Of a stretch of 64,000 bases of DNA, positions 1-11,830 are shown in pieces (the first letter of the stretch is position 1; each line of letters begins with the position of its first letter). The position numbers and the translations under genes are program-made. Source of the stretch: Chiloscyllium plagiosum (Eukaryota); contig NC_057711.1 of the NCBI RefSeq assembly GCF_004010195.1, positions 75,256,722-75,320,721 on the forward strand, written 5' to 3'. The notes beneath the pieces are model-generated. The model ran no database searches. It was not told the DNA's origin and was given only the letters and a program-made list of their open reading frames with translations.

Positions 1-476
1 AGATAAAAGGTAGGGAGGAGGGACTTGGAGGAGGGGCGTTGGAAATGTGATAGGTGGAAAGAGGTCAAGGTGAGGGTGATAGGTCAGACTGGGGTGGGGG
101 CGGAGAGGTTGGGAAGAAGATTGCAGGTTAGGAAGGCGGTGCTGAATTTGATGGATTTGACTGAGACAGGCTGGGGGGAGGGGAAATGAGGAAACTGGTG
201 AAATCCTCTTCCCGACCTCTCCGCCCCCACCCCAGTCTGCCCTATCACCCTTACCTTGACCTCTTTCCACCTATCACATTTCCGACGCCCCTCCCCCAAG
301 TCCCTCCTCCCTATCTTTTATCTTAGCCTGCTGGACCAACTTTCCTCATTCCTGAAGAAGGGCTAATGCCCGAAACGTCGATTCTCCTGTTCCCTAGATG
401 CTGCCTGACCTGCTGCACTTTTCCAGCAACACATTTCCATCTCTGATCTCCAGCATCTGCAGACCTCATTTTCTCC
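1..476. mobile_element. Penelope-like element (PLE) terminus: inverted repeat (about 1-120 vs 206-323) followed by pLTR with hammerhead motif
   Basis: 206-323 is the reverse complement of 1-118. 324-476 is the tail (gatgctgcctgacctgctg...ccagcatctgcag) seen at the ends of the other PLE copies here. Confidence 0.8.
348..383 (+). ncRNA. Minimal type I hammerhead ribozyme motif (PLE-borne)
   Basis: CTGAAGA (352-358), stem II GGGC-taat-GCCC, GAAAC-GTC (372-379); stem I attc/gatt is imperfect. Confidence 0.7.
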
Positions 477-574
477 CCTTTGTGCCCCTTGTTGCCCTGT
501 CAAAAACATTCACTTTTGTCCATTATGAGGTAAAATTTGTAACCCGGTCAGGAAATGTTTAAGTTCGGACAGGT

Positions 575-1125
575 CCTGCTGAAATTTCTGGAAAATGTAT
601 TCTTCATGTTGTTTGACAAAATGGCTAGAAAACTTAATTGAGCAAAAGACTGAAAACTGCTTTTGATGGGTAAAACATAGGAAATTTACACTTCACTCCC
701 AGGGGAGGTTTCTCAGGATTATGCTACAAAGAAAACTATGTTGGCTGCATATGAGGCATGCAGGCAAAAGTTCCAGAGCTTTGTGAAACAGCCAGGGCAA
801 AACTATTTTGAATTCAAAAGGATTAAGCAAAGTAATTTTGACAGGTTGATTAGAAGCTGAAACCATATATGAAACTCTTTATGAGATTATTCTCAGAGGA
901 ATTTAAAATCTTACAATCTTCCATAATAACATCCCATATTGAGAAGCAAAAGCTTCCACTCCTATACAGGTAGCAATACTGGCTGATGATTATCAGCTCA
1001 TCCATAAAACTAAACCACTTTTCCATCACCATTGTAAATTTACAAGGGGTGGAAAATGGGAGTGTAAGGGAAGGCAACAGGCCAAGGTAAGGAGAGCAGA
1101 GAATGCCCAAAGGCGTCCTCCTCAT
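575..1125 (+). mobile_element. Decayed Gypsy LTR retrotransposon gag region
   Basis: Broken translation gives FDKMARKLN, AAYEACRQKFQS and EEFK, resembling the vertebrate Gypsy gag motif YELVPEAYRQKFR; stops and frameshifts present. Confidence 0.55.
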
Positions 1126-1159
1126 TTTAGGAGGCTAGTTACATTCTCAGTGTTAATGT

Positions 1160-1328
1160 TGGTCTCTCTCTTTCTCTGCACCTTCTCTGTGGCTATAAAC
1201 CTGTACTCTGCACTCTGTTCAGCTGCCTGAAGCACTTTGGATGATACGATCTGCCTGCAGAGCATGCAAAACAATACTTTTGACTCCATCTCAGTACATG
1301 TGATAACAATAAATCAAATCAAATCAAA
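1160..1328 (+). mobile_element. LINE 3' end (Rex/Babar-like)
   Basis: Ends gtacatgtgataacAATAAA followed by a (tcaaa)n tail. Confidence 0.5.
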
Positions 1329-1330
1329 TA

Positions 1331-1825
1331 AAGCATGACTTGTTTTTCATAAACCCAAGCTGGAATTGTCCAATCCTGTTAATACTTCCCGAATTTTCTC
1401 CAATACAGATGTTAAGCTAACAGGTCTGCAACGCTCTGTGGTTTTCCTCTCCCACCCTTTTTAAATAACGGGTTACCTTTGCAACTCTCCAATCTGTAGG
1501 GACTGCTTCAGAATCTGAAGAATTTTGGAAGCTGATCTCGGATGCATCCAGTAATTTCAGGGATACTTCTCTTAGTGCTCTGGGATGTAAATTAGAGCCT
1601 GGGGATTTGTCAGTCTTTAACCCCATTAATATCCCCCCACTATTTTCTTATTAATCCTGATTTATTTCAACTGCACCCTCTCTCTAGACCTTTTATTCCC
1701 TAACTTTTTGGGGAGGTTATTTGTGGTCTCTTTTATGAAGCCACTGCCGAAGTATGTGTTCAAATCTTCTCCTGTTTCTTTGCTCCCCATTATAATTTCC
1801 CCAACATCTGACAGTAAGGGACCAC
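1331..1825 (-). mobile_element. CR1 LINE ORF2 fragment
   Basis: ORF 1417..1626 GLKTDKSPGSNLHPRALRE...VPTDWRVAKVT matches the CR1 KSPGPDxxHPR / VPxDWxxANV motifs. Confidence 0.85.
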
Positions 1826-1870
1826 TGGCCTTCATTGAAAAGCTTAAAATGTTAAATACAAAACTATTCA

Positions 1871-2115
1871 GGATGGCACAATGGCACAGTAATTAGCGTG
1901 ACTATGTGGAGTTTGCACATTCTCCCTGTGTCTGTGTGGGCTTCCATTGGGTGCTCAGGTTTCTTCCCACAGTCCAAGGATGTGGAGGTTAGGTGCATTG
2001 GCAATGCTAAATACAAGAATGGAGTAGGGGGCTGGGACTGGGTGGGATGCTCTTCTGAGGGTCAGTGCAGACTTGATGGGTAGAATGGTCTCTTTCCACA
2101 ATGTAGTGGTTCTAT
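1871..2115 (+). mobile_element. HE1-type tRNA-derived SINE, internally deleted
   Basis: Core gtggagtttgcacattctccctgtgtctgtgtggg...cccacagtccaa is shared with the other SINE copies. Confidence 0.8.
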
Positions 2116-2139
2116 TCAGCTGAAGTCTTTTATTGCAAT

Positions 2140-2230
2140 AACCTTACCCCTAATGCTAACCCAACTATTTAATGTAAAGATTATTCACATTCCTGGAAAA
2201 GATAATAGAATTGTCAATGCATTGCCCATA
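2140..2230 (+). mobile_element. Gypsy RNase H C-terminal remnant
   Basis: 2168-2227 translates FNVKIIHIPGKDNRIVNALP, matching the IxHxPGKxNxxADALS motif. Confidence 0.65.
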
Positions 2231-2569
2231 ATGTTAAATGTTGGAACAAAGTCAAAGTTTTAAAAGAATGCTAAAATTGTATGTGGTTGTATGAGGGGTG
2301 AGGAGGAATGACTGAATGAAGGTCTTGGATTCTGTTCTTTGTGAAACATACAGTTTGTAATGAAATGGCATTTCATTATGTTAAGGGTGGAGGCACACCG
2401 TATCTCTTAATTTTTACGTATTTTTGATAATGAACTGAAGAGAGAATTGTATTATAACTGCTATTATAAATATTATAACTGTATTATAAACCAAAGATTG
2501 TTGAAGGTGTACAGCAATTTTAAAAGGCAAGTTATCCTGACACTCATTGTAAGGCACATTTACACAATT

Positions 2570-2685
2570 GCTTGTTATTACTGTTACTCCTACCAACATG
2601 TATGAGTTCACATTTATTAACATTGTATTCCATCTGCCAGACCTTTGCCCACTCACTCAATGTATCTATGTTCCTCTACAAACCA
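2570..2685 (-). mobile_element. Short CR1 fragment
   Basis: aacattgtattccatctgcca is the reverse of the WQMEYNV motif, also present at about 3681. Confidence 0.7.
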
Positions 2686-2869
2686 GGTAGTGTAAGCCTG
2701 GTTTAGAGATCAGCTCACCCCAAGGAGTGTGTACAAATGGAGCTTTGGATGACAGCAAGTAGATGATTGGCCTATGCACTAGTGACCAATAATTGATGAC
2801 AAAGTCCTGCTGTGTGCCAATAGGAGTGTGATTGGCTCCAACATAGCTGAACAGCTAATAGCTATGTGA

Positions 2870-5137
2870 ATAAGAACATAAGAACTAGGAACAAGAGTAG
2901 GCTATTTGGCCCTTTGAGCCTGCTCCGCCATTCAATAAGATTATGGCTAATCTTTTCATGGACTCAGCTCCACCTACCCGCATTTTCACCATATCCCCTT
3001 AATTACTTTATTTTTCAAAACAGTATCTACCTTCGTTTTCAAAGCAATTACTGAAGTAGCGTCAACTACTTCCCTGGGCAAGGAATTCTATAGATTAACA
3101 ACCCTCTGGGTGAAGGCGTTCCTTCTCAGTTCAGTTCTAAACCTGCTTGCTCTAATCTTGTGGCTATGCCCTCTTGTTCTAGTTTCATCTGCCAGTGGAA
3201 ACAACCTATCTATTTCTATTTTATCAATTCCCTTCATAATTTTATATGTTTCTGTAAGATCCCCCCTCATCCTTCTGAATTCCAATGAATATAATCCCAA
3301 TCTACTCAGCCTCTCCTCATAAGCCAACCTCCTCAACTCCGGAATCAACCTAGTGAACCTCCTCTGCACCTCCTCCAGTGTCAGTACATCCTTTATCAAG
3401 TAAGGAGGCCAAGACTACACACTGGATCCAGCTGTGGCCTCACCAGCACCTTGTACAGCTGTAATATTACCTCTCTACTTTTAAACTTAACCCCTTTAGC
3501 AATGCAGGACAAAATTCTATTTGCCTTCCTAATTACTTGTACCTGCAGATCAACCTTCAGTGATTCATGCACAAGGACACCCAGGACCCTCTGCAAATCA
3601 GCATGCTGCAACTTTTTACCATTCAAGTAATAATTTATTTTGCTGTTACCCCTACCAAGATGTATGATTTCACATTTACTAACATTGTATTCCATCTGCC
3701 AGATTTTTGCCCACCAACTCAATGTATCTATCTTCCTCCGCAAAGTTTCACAGTCCTATGCACACTTCGCTTGGCAAATTTTGACACACTACATGGTCCT
3801 CAACTCCAAATCATCTATATAAATTGTAAATAATTGGAGTCCCAACACCGATCTCTGAGGCACACCACTAGTCACTGATTGCCAGCCAGAATAGCACTCA
3901 TTTGTCCCCACTCTTTGCTTCCTGTCAGTCAACTCTATCTATGCTAGCACTCTATCCCTAACACCATGCATCCTTATCTCATTCAGCAGCCTCATATGAG
4001 GCACCTTGTCAAAGGCCTTTTGGAACTCTACGTACACTACATCCACTGGTCCTCCATTGTCCAACTTGCTTGAAATGTCTTCATAGAATTCCAAAAGATT
4101 TGTGAAGCATGACCTGTCCTTCATGAGCCCATGCTGTGTCTGTACAATGGGACAATTCCTTTCGAGATGCCTTGCTATTTCTTCCTTATAATAGACCCAA
4201 GCATCTTCCCCACTACAGAGGTTAAGTCTCATTGGTCTATAATTCCTCATCTTTTGTCTACTTCCCTTTTTAAACAGTGGCGTCATATTCATTATTTTCC
4301 AATCTGCTGGGACTGCCCCAGAGTCCAGCGAATTTTGGAAAATTACTGTCAGACCACCTACTATTTCTCCCGTTATCTCTTTTAGTACCCTGGAATGCAT
4401 TCCATCAGAGCCAGGAGACTTATCTATCCTTAGCTCCCTTAGATTACCGTAATAATAATTGTTTCCAGGTCTTCACCTACCTTTGTCTCTTCGTCACTTA
4501 CTGGCATGTTACTGGCACCTTCCACTGTGAAGGCCAATGCAAAGTCAAGTTCAATGCCTCAGCCATTTCATCATATCCCATAACTAACTGCCCTTTCTCA
4601 TCCTCTAAACATTTACTTGAACTACTCTTCTTCGTTTTATGTATTTATAGTAACTTTTGTTATCTGTGCTAATTTTTTTCTCATACTCTATCTTACTTTT
4701 CTTTAGCTCTTTTTGTGGCTTTCTGTTGACCTTTAAACTTTTCCCAATCTTCTAGAGTCCTTCTGTTTGTGGCCACTTTTTATACCTTGTCTTTCACTTT
4801 GATAGCTTGCCTTATTTCCTTAGACATCCATGACAGATAATCCCTGCTCTCACAGTCCTTCCTTCTCACTAGAATATACTTTCGCTGAGCACTTTGAAAA
4901 AATCCTTTGAAGGTCCTCCACTGCTCGTCAACTGTCACACCTTAAAGTCTCTCTTTCCCGGCTACTTTAGCCAGGTCCTCCCTCATTATATCATAGTCCC
5001 CCTTATTCCAGCACAGGACCCTGGTATTGGATTTTATCTTCACACTATCCAGCTGTATTTTAAATTCAAATTACTGCGATCACTCCTTCCAAGAGGATCC
5101 CTGTCTATGAGGTCATTAATTATTCCTGTTTCATTAG
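2870..5137 (-). mobile_element. CR1 LINE, 5'-truncated, about 2.3 kb, frameshifted reverse transcriptase
   Basis: ORFs 3939..4400 (QHG, SCFTNLLEFYE, FQKAFDKVPH), 3396..3743 (WQMEYNVSKC) and 3088..3399 (LEEVQRRFTRLIP); 3' tail taagaacataagaac at 2870. Confidence 0.95.
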
Positions 5138-6016
5138 AGGAATAATTGAAAGAAATCATAATATTTTGAAAGAAATCAGTAGTCCTCTGGAAGAGGAGCT
5201 GTCTTTACTTTGTAGTAAAATGCATGTCACCTGAAAACAGGAGGTTTATTTTACCTTTCTAATTGCTGTAAGCTATGACTTTTAATTGTGAAGTCAAAGA
5301 CCTTCATAAGAAGGAACCATTCATCCTACACTTCCTGCAAAGTGGAAGTAGCTTGAGAATGAAGGTCATGAAGTAGCATTCTGATCAGCACAAGGATCAT
5401 CTCAGCAAACCCTATGGACAGGGACCACTAAACTGCCTTCCCAGTGTTTCACCTCTACTATTACACCCAAAATACTTTTTCTCCTGTCTGTGTCTGAAAG
5501 TATGGCTGAAGAGGCATTTTCTCAGGGTGTGGGGGTTTTACCTGGTAGAATTATGTAGCAACAGTTTATAATTGCCTACCTGTAGCTAGCATTTATCACT
5601 TTGAAATAACTAGCAATCCTAGATGAATATAGAAACCTGTGCTGTACTTTTCATTAACTTGGGCCTCGAAGACAGCTAATCAAAAACTTGTGTATATGTT
5701 TTGGAATTTTTAAGTTTTGTGATAGTTCTGGAAATAGTAGTTCCAGCACACTACCATATTGAGAATTTAAAAATTGAAATTTCACCATGGACCATTGTGG
5801 AATTGGAATTCAAGTTTCCAAAGCAATACTTGGATTTGGAATACTAATCCAGTGATAATACAAGGACACCACCACCTTCCCAAAGCTTATTGAGCTTCAC
5901 CAAAAGTATTTGTGACTTCTTCCAAGTTTCAATAAGCCATTATATCATTAGTTATAGACCACATTAAATACAATAAGATATTTAATTAATTTAAATTTAA
6001 ACTTAATTTAATTCAG

Positions 6017-6250
6017 TAAAAATAAAGCTCTGGAGAAATTTCAGCAGGTCTAATCCCATCGATGGACAGAGAAACACTCTTATTGGCTTGAGACCAACAT
6101 TGCTCTTCTTCAGATCAGTTCCATATTGATTTTCAATATTTGACTCAAAACATTATCAGTGTTTCCCTCCCTACAGAAATTACAGACTGCTGAGCTTCTC
6201 CAGCACTTTGTTTTATTTCAGATCTCTGGCATCTTCAATAGTTAACCCTT
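6017..6250. mobile_element. Old short PLE-derived inverted element
   Basis: Arms ctggagaaatttcagcaggtct and agactgctgagcttctccag; hammerhead core decayed. Confidence 0.55.
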
Positions 6251-6550
6251 ATTTGAATATATTTACTTGCTCAGTTTAGGATTTGGTGTGCAGCTTAGAT
6301 GCAATTCTTCATCTTAAGAACTGGCTTCTCAATGATGTCCAATTCGATGTTCCAGTTGAACTATCTCTGGATCTCCCACTCTTACTGCACCTTTAATAGA
6401 TTGCTTCATTACCTGTGTAGACTCTGTTTAGGCTTTTAAATTGCCCTTTTGTTGCCTTAATTTTAGATTTGTGGAATGGCTGGTGCTGCACCTCAATTTA
6501 AATTACAAATATAGCCCTTAATTTCTCTACTGTTTGCTGTATTTTGTCCT

Positions 6551-6838
6551 AGGAGAAAGTGAGGACTGCAGATGCTGGAGATCAGGTTCGAAAGTGTGGT
6601 GCTGGAAAAGCACAGCCGGTCAGGCAGCATCCGAGGAGCAGGAGAATCGACATTTCGGGCATGCGCCCTTCATCAGGAGTGCTTCAGGGCAGAGGAGAGG
6701 ACTTGGGGAGTACAGTGAGAGAGGAACTCACTGAGAAGGATAAGTCCTGATGAAGGGCTTATGCCTGAAACATCGATTCTCCTGCTGCATGGCTGCTGCC
6801 TGACCAGCTGTGCTTTTCCAGCGCCACATTCTTGACTC
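6551..6838. mobile_element. Short PLE-derived inverted pLTR pair, each arm with a hammerhead motif
   Basis: 6551-6680 and 6742-6838 are inverted copies around a spacer of about 60 nt; cores ctgatgaagggcgcatgcccgaaatgtc (-) and ctgatgaagggcttatgcctgaaacatc (+). Confidence 0.8.
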
Positions 6839-8051
6839 AGTGTTTTGTCCTGTCTACTCACTATGGGAACTATGTTCATTGTGAACTGTAAGTACTTCTT
6901 CTCAATCTAGTCTGTACTACTAATATAACTTTATTCATGGAGCTTCAGTGCCTGTTGGATTCCTCACTAAACCACTAATTGGAACTGTTCCTAAAGACTC
7001 TTGCTTCTAAGAAAACTACCGAATATGAGTAGGTTGTATCTCACACTTGCTTCTGTGCATCTCAATGGGTCTGAAGTAAAACCTTTGCAACACATTTTCT
7101 ATTGTCAACCTATCCACGTATTTTTCTGCAGGCTGCTTTTCTGTTCAACTACTGACTATCTGTATGAATAATTCTTAAAGTCATAAAGTCTTGAGAGTTG
7201 TAAATATCCACAGTGCTCCTAAGTCCAGTGGAATTCTCTGCTCTTGGGTGTGTTGAAATTCTCTCTGTTGTTGCCTTGTGATATTGAAAACTGATGTCCA
7301 CTGCTGGTATCATATTGTATATTTTGTGATGAAACTTGTGGCTGGGTTAATAGTGCTGCCCACAAAATGAGGCTTCATGAGGAGATGCTATTTCCTTTAA
7401 CATGATGTCGTTTATTGCATGAAAGCAATCAGCTGGAAGTTAAATTTGCAAGATAGACATGTTACAAAAATTATTAGGAGACCTGTGTATATAGGATCTT
7501 GTACAGTGAAGACCTAAGATGTTCTGCCTTTTCCACGCCCAAGTACGTCTGGCATTATCAGATTGGGTAAAATTTAATGCAGTCTCCAACAGTTACCCTG
7601 TCAGAATCATTACCTTGTGTCCTCATGTCAAAGCCATCACTGTCATGAAAACTTGGATAGATTCTTCCAGCTTTCACTCTGGTCTGCTGAAGATCTGAGG
7701 CACAACTGCGTGATGTGCCAATCTCGATCTTGCACTCTGCTAGTCGACCATGTCACCTATGGCAGCACACCAAGGCATCCCTCCTGCATTAGGCTAAGCT
7801 GGTGCCTGGTGTAATAAAAATTGTGATTTTATATCTATTTATATTATTATTTTTCAGATTTGGATTTCAAAATAATGACACTTTGACATTCATTACTTTT
7901 ATGATGAGCTTTACAAGCAACTTGATCAGATAATTCTGCCAGAACAGTGACCTAATCCAGTGTGTATCAGCAAGCGGGTGTTAATGGGACATTAATTATA
8001 CCGTGGTGGTTTACAATAAGTGGAGTAAACATTAATGGCCATTGGCTTGTA

Positions 8052-8225
8052 TAGAACAACCTTGATTATCCGAATACAATTATCCGAATTTCAGATTATC
8101 CGAACAAGATCTCAAGGTCCCGTAAAAATGCTATCCATTATCAGGAACAATCCGTTATCCGAACTCTCAATTATCCAAACAAAATACTCCCCACCCGTCT
8201 TGTTCAGATAATCAAGGTTGTTCTG
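8052..8225. mobile_element. Tc1/mariner (Tigger/pogo-like) MITE
   Basis: TIRs of about 23 bp (tagaacaaccttgattatccgaa / ttcagataatcaaggttgttctg) flanked by TA on both sides; internal ttatccgaa repeats. Confidence 0.8.
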
Positions 8226-8229
8226 TATT

Positions 8230-8815
8230 TAGTTCAGAATAATAAGAATTGGTTTTAGCTTAGGAATCCTAGAGATTGAAAGCTTTAGATGATGCTCAGA
8301 GGAGAACTGGTTGGGGTCAGAAACATATCAAGTCTCTCTCCTTTAAAAAGAGGTTTCCAGAATAGTTAAGGGAATAAGTTAACTCAGCAGAAAAGCTTAA
8401 TTTGTATTACTTCCTGATCACAAGTACTTGGTTTGAAATCTGCAGTTTATGAGAAGAAAATCATTCAGTCTTGAGTATTCATGTCAGGAGACTCCAGGAC
8501 AGAAACTACAGCAAATCAGCTAAATCTAACTTAAAGATTGTGTAGAAAAGTGATGTCAGAGTGAAATAAATTGAACTTTATTTTGCTGGGTATTTAAAGA
8601 TTTTTCTAACTGTGCTCTCCATCTACATAGCTTGGTTTGTTTTTGTTTTTATTTTTGACTTTGTCTTTTGTGTAATAAACTTCTGATTTTTAATCCTGCA
8701 GCCTGTGAGTATGTTTCAGTGAGTGACCATGACATTAACGAAAATAAATATGATCCATCAAGCTAGCTTTCATTCTAGGATCTGACTCTTCCAGTAGCAC
8801 CATCAGCAGAGATAC
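8230..8815 (+). mobile_element. Probable decayed LTR
   Basis: T-rich stretch, AATAAA at about 8674, then U5-like sequence; termini not resolved. Confidence 0.35.
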
Positions 8816-8819
8816 AGTC

Positions 8820-10097
8820 CTCTGAGAATCAAAGTCATCCGCCCCTACTCCTCCAGTGGCTGTGGAGATGCATCAGAGGTGCCCATCAGATTGTATCCTT
8901 GAGTTTACTCCAGCTAATGTATCTAATGTCTCTTGAGGATTGATACTGATGAATGACCTGGAGGTTCAAAGGCTTCCTCCTTAGGAGTGTTACTGCAGCT
9001 TCTTGCCCTGAGTATGCGTTGAGTGCTACGAGTTCTTTCAAGAATGGATCATAGTTGAAGATGCAGACCAGCTTCTGTTAACCAATGTGTATTTTGCACT
9101 CATCTGAGACGAGTTGGCTACTGGCTGGCTCACCCAGTCCTGTCTTTCTGTCATGACAGCTTCCCCAGTCAGCTGTACAGCTGTTACTTCAAAGAGGAGG
9201 AGGACCTAGACATCTAGTACCGTCCTCTGGGTTTGGTCCTTTCCATTTAGTTGTGCAGCAGCTTCTCCTGCAATGAGATTCAGAGGGATTGAGTATGATG
9301 GAAATGGTGCAGGTATACTTTGCAAGCATAAACAACATTACAAGGTGTTGAGCTGTCCCTCGTAAATGAGCAGAAAGCAGTGCCCAGGATAGTTTAGTTT
9401 AGCAGCATGAGAGCATGTGATGGGTTTGTGCCCTTGAGTGCAGGTAATTCATGTAATATTAAAATTTGCAAGCTATGAGCTTTTGTTAGTTGCCTGTGCA
9501 CTGACAGAGTTAGACTGAGTGATCCCGAGGTAGATTGAGATGGCAGAGAGATATGGTGTCATTATGCTGTCAGAGCACAGCCAACTACTTAATTTTCTTC
9601 CTTCACTATTTGCAGGCCCACAGTTGAGGGCCACTAACATTGTCCTCTTTGTCTATCTGGTCCAGATGGATTTGATGGGATGGCCTTCCCAGCACCATAT
9701 CCCAGGATGGGATGTGCTTCTCTCAATGATCCCACCCAGCAGCAGATGCAAACCTGGTTGACAGCTTTAGCTTCCTTGCTGGCATTTCTTGCCTGTTGGA
9801 TGCGACTATCAGAGACTCCTGTGAGGTTCCTGGCTTGCAATGATTGAATTTACATTCAGCTGCCCTTGATATATGGCGGCAGGACCTTTGATACCAGAAG
9901 GTGCCGCTGGAGGCAAGAACTTGCTTCTCGCTCACCGCATGTGATTTGTGAAGTTGCTCACATGACACATCGGTTGCATGGATTGTGAGGTGAAAAGAAA
10001 GCATTCGTGTGAAAAAGCTCACCCTTGGCATTAACAGATGTGACACCAACTAAAACGCTCACTGCATATGTTATCTCCAAAACAGAAAATCTCAGCC
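8820..10097. mobile_element. Possible highly decayed Harbinger DNA transposon
   Basis: Weak Myb-like remnant at about 9190-9350 (+) and a terminus-like agaaaatctcagcc at about 10084-10097. Confidence 0.3.
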
Positions 10098-10334
10098 TCA
10101 GTATCTGTTTCTGTCTTTCATGCAGAATGAGGGACATTTGAGAGTTTGTTGATGGATAAGGACGACATCAATGCATTTCGTTGATGCTTTGTGAGAATAA
10201 TAGCTGTCTAGTATTTTTGAAATTAGTGGGGTAATCTTCCAGTCTGTGTTTTAGCAGCTGTCAGATGTGGCTCTAAGTTAGAGGTTGTAGAATCCTATAT
10301 TAATGACTGAACACAAAGTACAAGCTGACATTCT

Positions 10335-11830
10335 GATAGTCTGACCAAGAAGTAGGGTAAATACTTTGACTTCATCCTCACCAATCTAGCAGCAGTAGAT
10401 ATATCTATTCATGAGAGTAATGGTAAGACTGACCATGGCACGGTCCAGATGACATCCTATCTTCACACTGAAAATATCCTCTATAGTATTGTTAGACATC
10501 ACCATCATGCTAAATCAGAGATTTCAAACAGAACTAGCAACTGAAGACGGTGGCATGTTTGGCATGTATACGGTGATTTAGGCCATCAGCACCAGCAGAA
10601 CTATATTCAATTATAATCTGTAAACTCATGGTCCAGTATATATCCCACTCTGCCATTACTATCAAAACTGAGATCAAATATAATCTAATGAAGAGTGCAG
10701 AAGGCCAGCAGGCACAACTGAAATGAGGCATCAACATGGTAAAGCTAATATGCAGGATTAGTTGCATGCCAAACAGCACAAGCAGCATGCAATGGCCAAA
10801 ACCAAGAGTTCCCACAACCAATGCATCAGATCAAAGCTCTGCAGACCTGCCACATCCAGTAATGAATTGTGGTGGGCAATTCAACATCTCTCTTGGAGAG
10901 GAGATACCACAAATATCCCCTTCTCAGTGATGGGGAAGCCCAGCACATCAGTGTAAGAAGCAAGGCCAAAGCACTGTCAAGCTTCTTCAGTCTACAGTGC
11001 CAAGTCAATGACTCATCACAGCCTCCTTACCTATACCAGCCATTAATGAAGTCAATTTAATCCATGTGTTACTAAGAAACAGCTGAAGACTATGACCTGA
11101 ACAACTTTCTGACAATCAGACATAAGACTTGTGCTCTAAACCTAATAAGCTATTCCAGTATAGTTATGACACTGGCATCTAGCTGGTAGAGTGGAAAATT
11201 GCCTAAGCATACCCTGCCCTCAAGGTCGGATGAAATCAGCCCAACCAAAGTCTAACCCTACCTCTGTCTGCTCTCAATTACCAACAAAATGTTGGAAACA
11301 TGTCAAGAGCTGTGCTATTATGTGATACTTTCAAAACAATAACCTGCTTACTGATGTTCAGGGCAATTCAGCTCCTAACCTCACTACAACCTGGGACCAA
11401 ACATGGACAAAAGAGCTGAATGTAAGAGGGTGAAACAACCCCAGAGGCCAGTATCCTGTCACCAAGTCTCCCTTTATTGACACATGGAGCGTCTTTGTCT
11501 TGGATTCCGCAGGGCCAGTTCTCAGTGAACACTCTGACACTCTGTTTATATCTGTCAGCCAGGGGCCCTGATTGGGCCTGTTAAGCTGATATAATGAGGG
11601 AACTGAAATTGTATGAGATCCACCTGACTGATCTCATTACAGTCACTACAAGAGGGATAATGAGAGCAACTGCCTTTGAACATCAATGTAACATTTCATC
11701 TATTGTGTCATCTATGAGCTCGAGCAAAGCTAGAGCCAATGAAAATCAAAGCAAAAATCTCCACTGGTTGTTATCATCTCAAAACCAAGGAAGATGACTG
11801 TGGCTATAGTAGTTCAAACATCTCTGCCAC
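10335..11830 (+). mobile_element. Old CR1/L2-group LINE fragment, interrupted by a solo LTR
   Basis: Remnants such as LFQYSYDTGI*LVEWKIA; alignable by eye with 15.3-17.5 kb and 25.4-28.1 kb. Confidence 0.7.
11431..11650 (-). mobile_element. Solo LTR (Gypsy family)
   Basis: TG...CA termini with agaggg duplicated at 11425-11430 and 11651-11656; homologous to the LTR at 24758-24946. Confidence 0.8.

Noticed and set aside
6900..7810. Possible very old retroelement remnant
   Set aside because: Too decayed to assign by eye.
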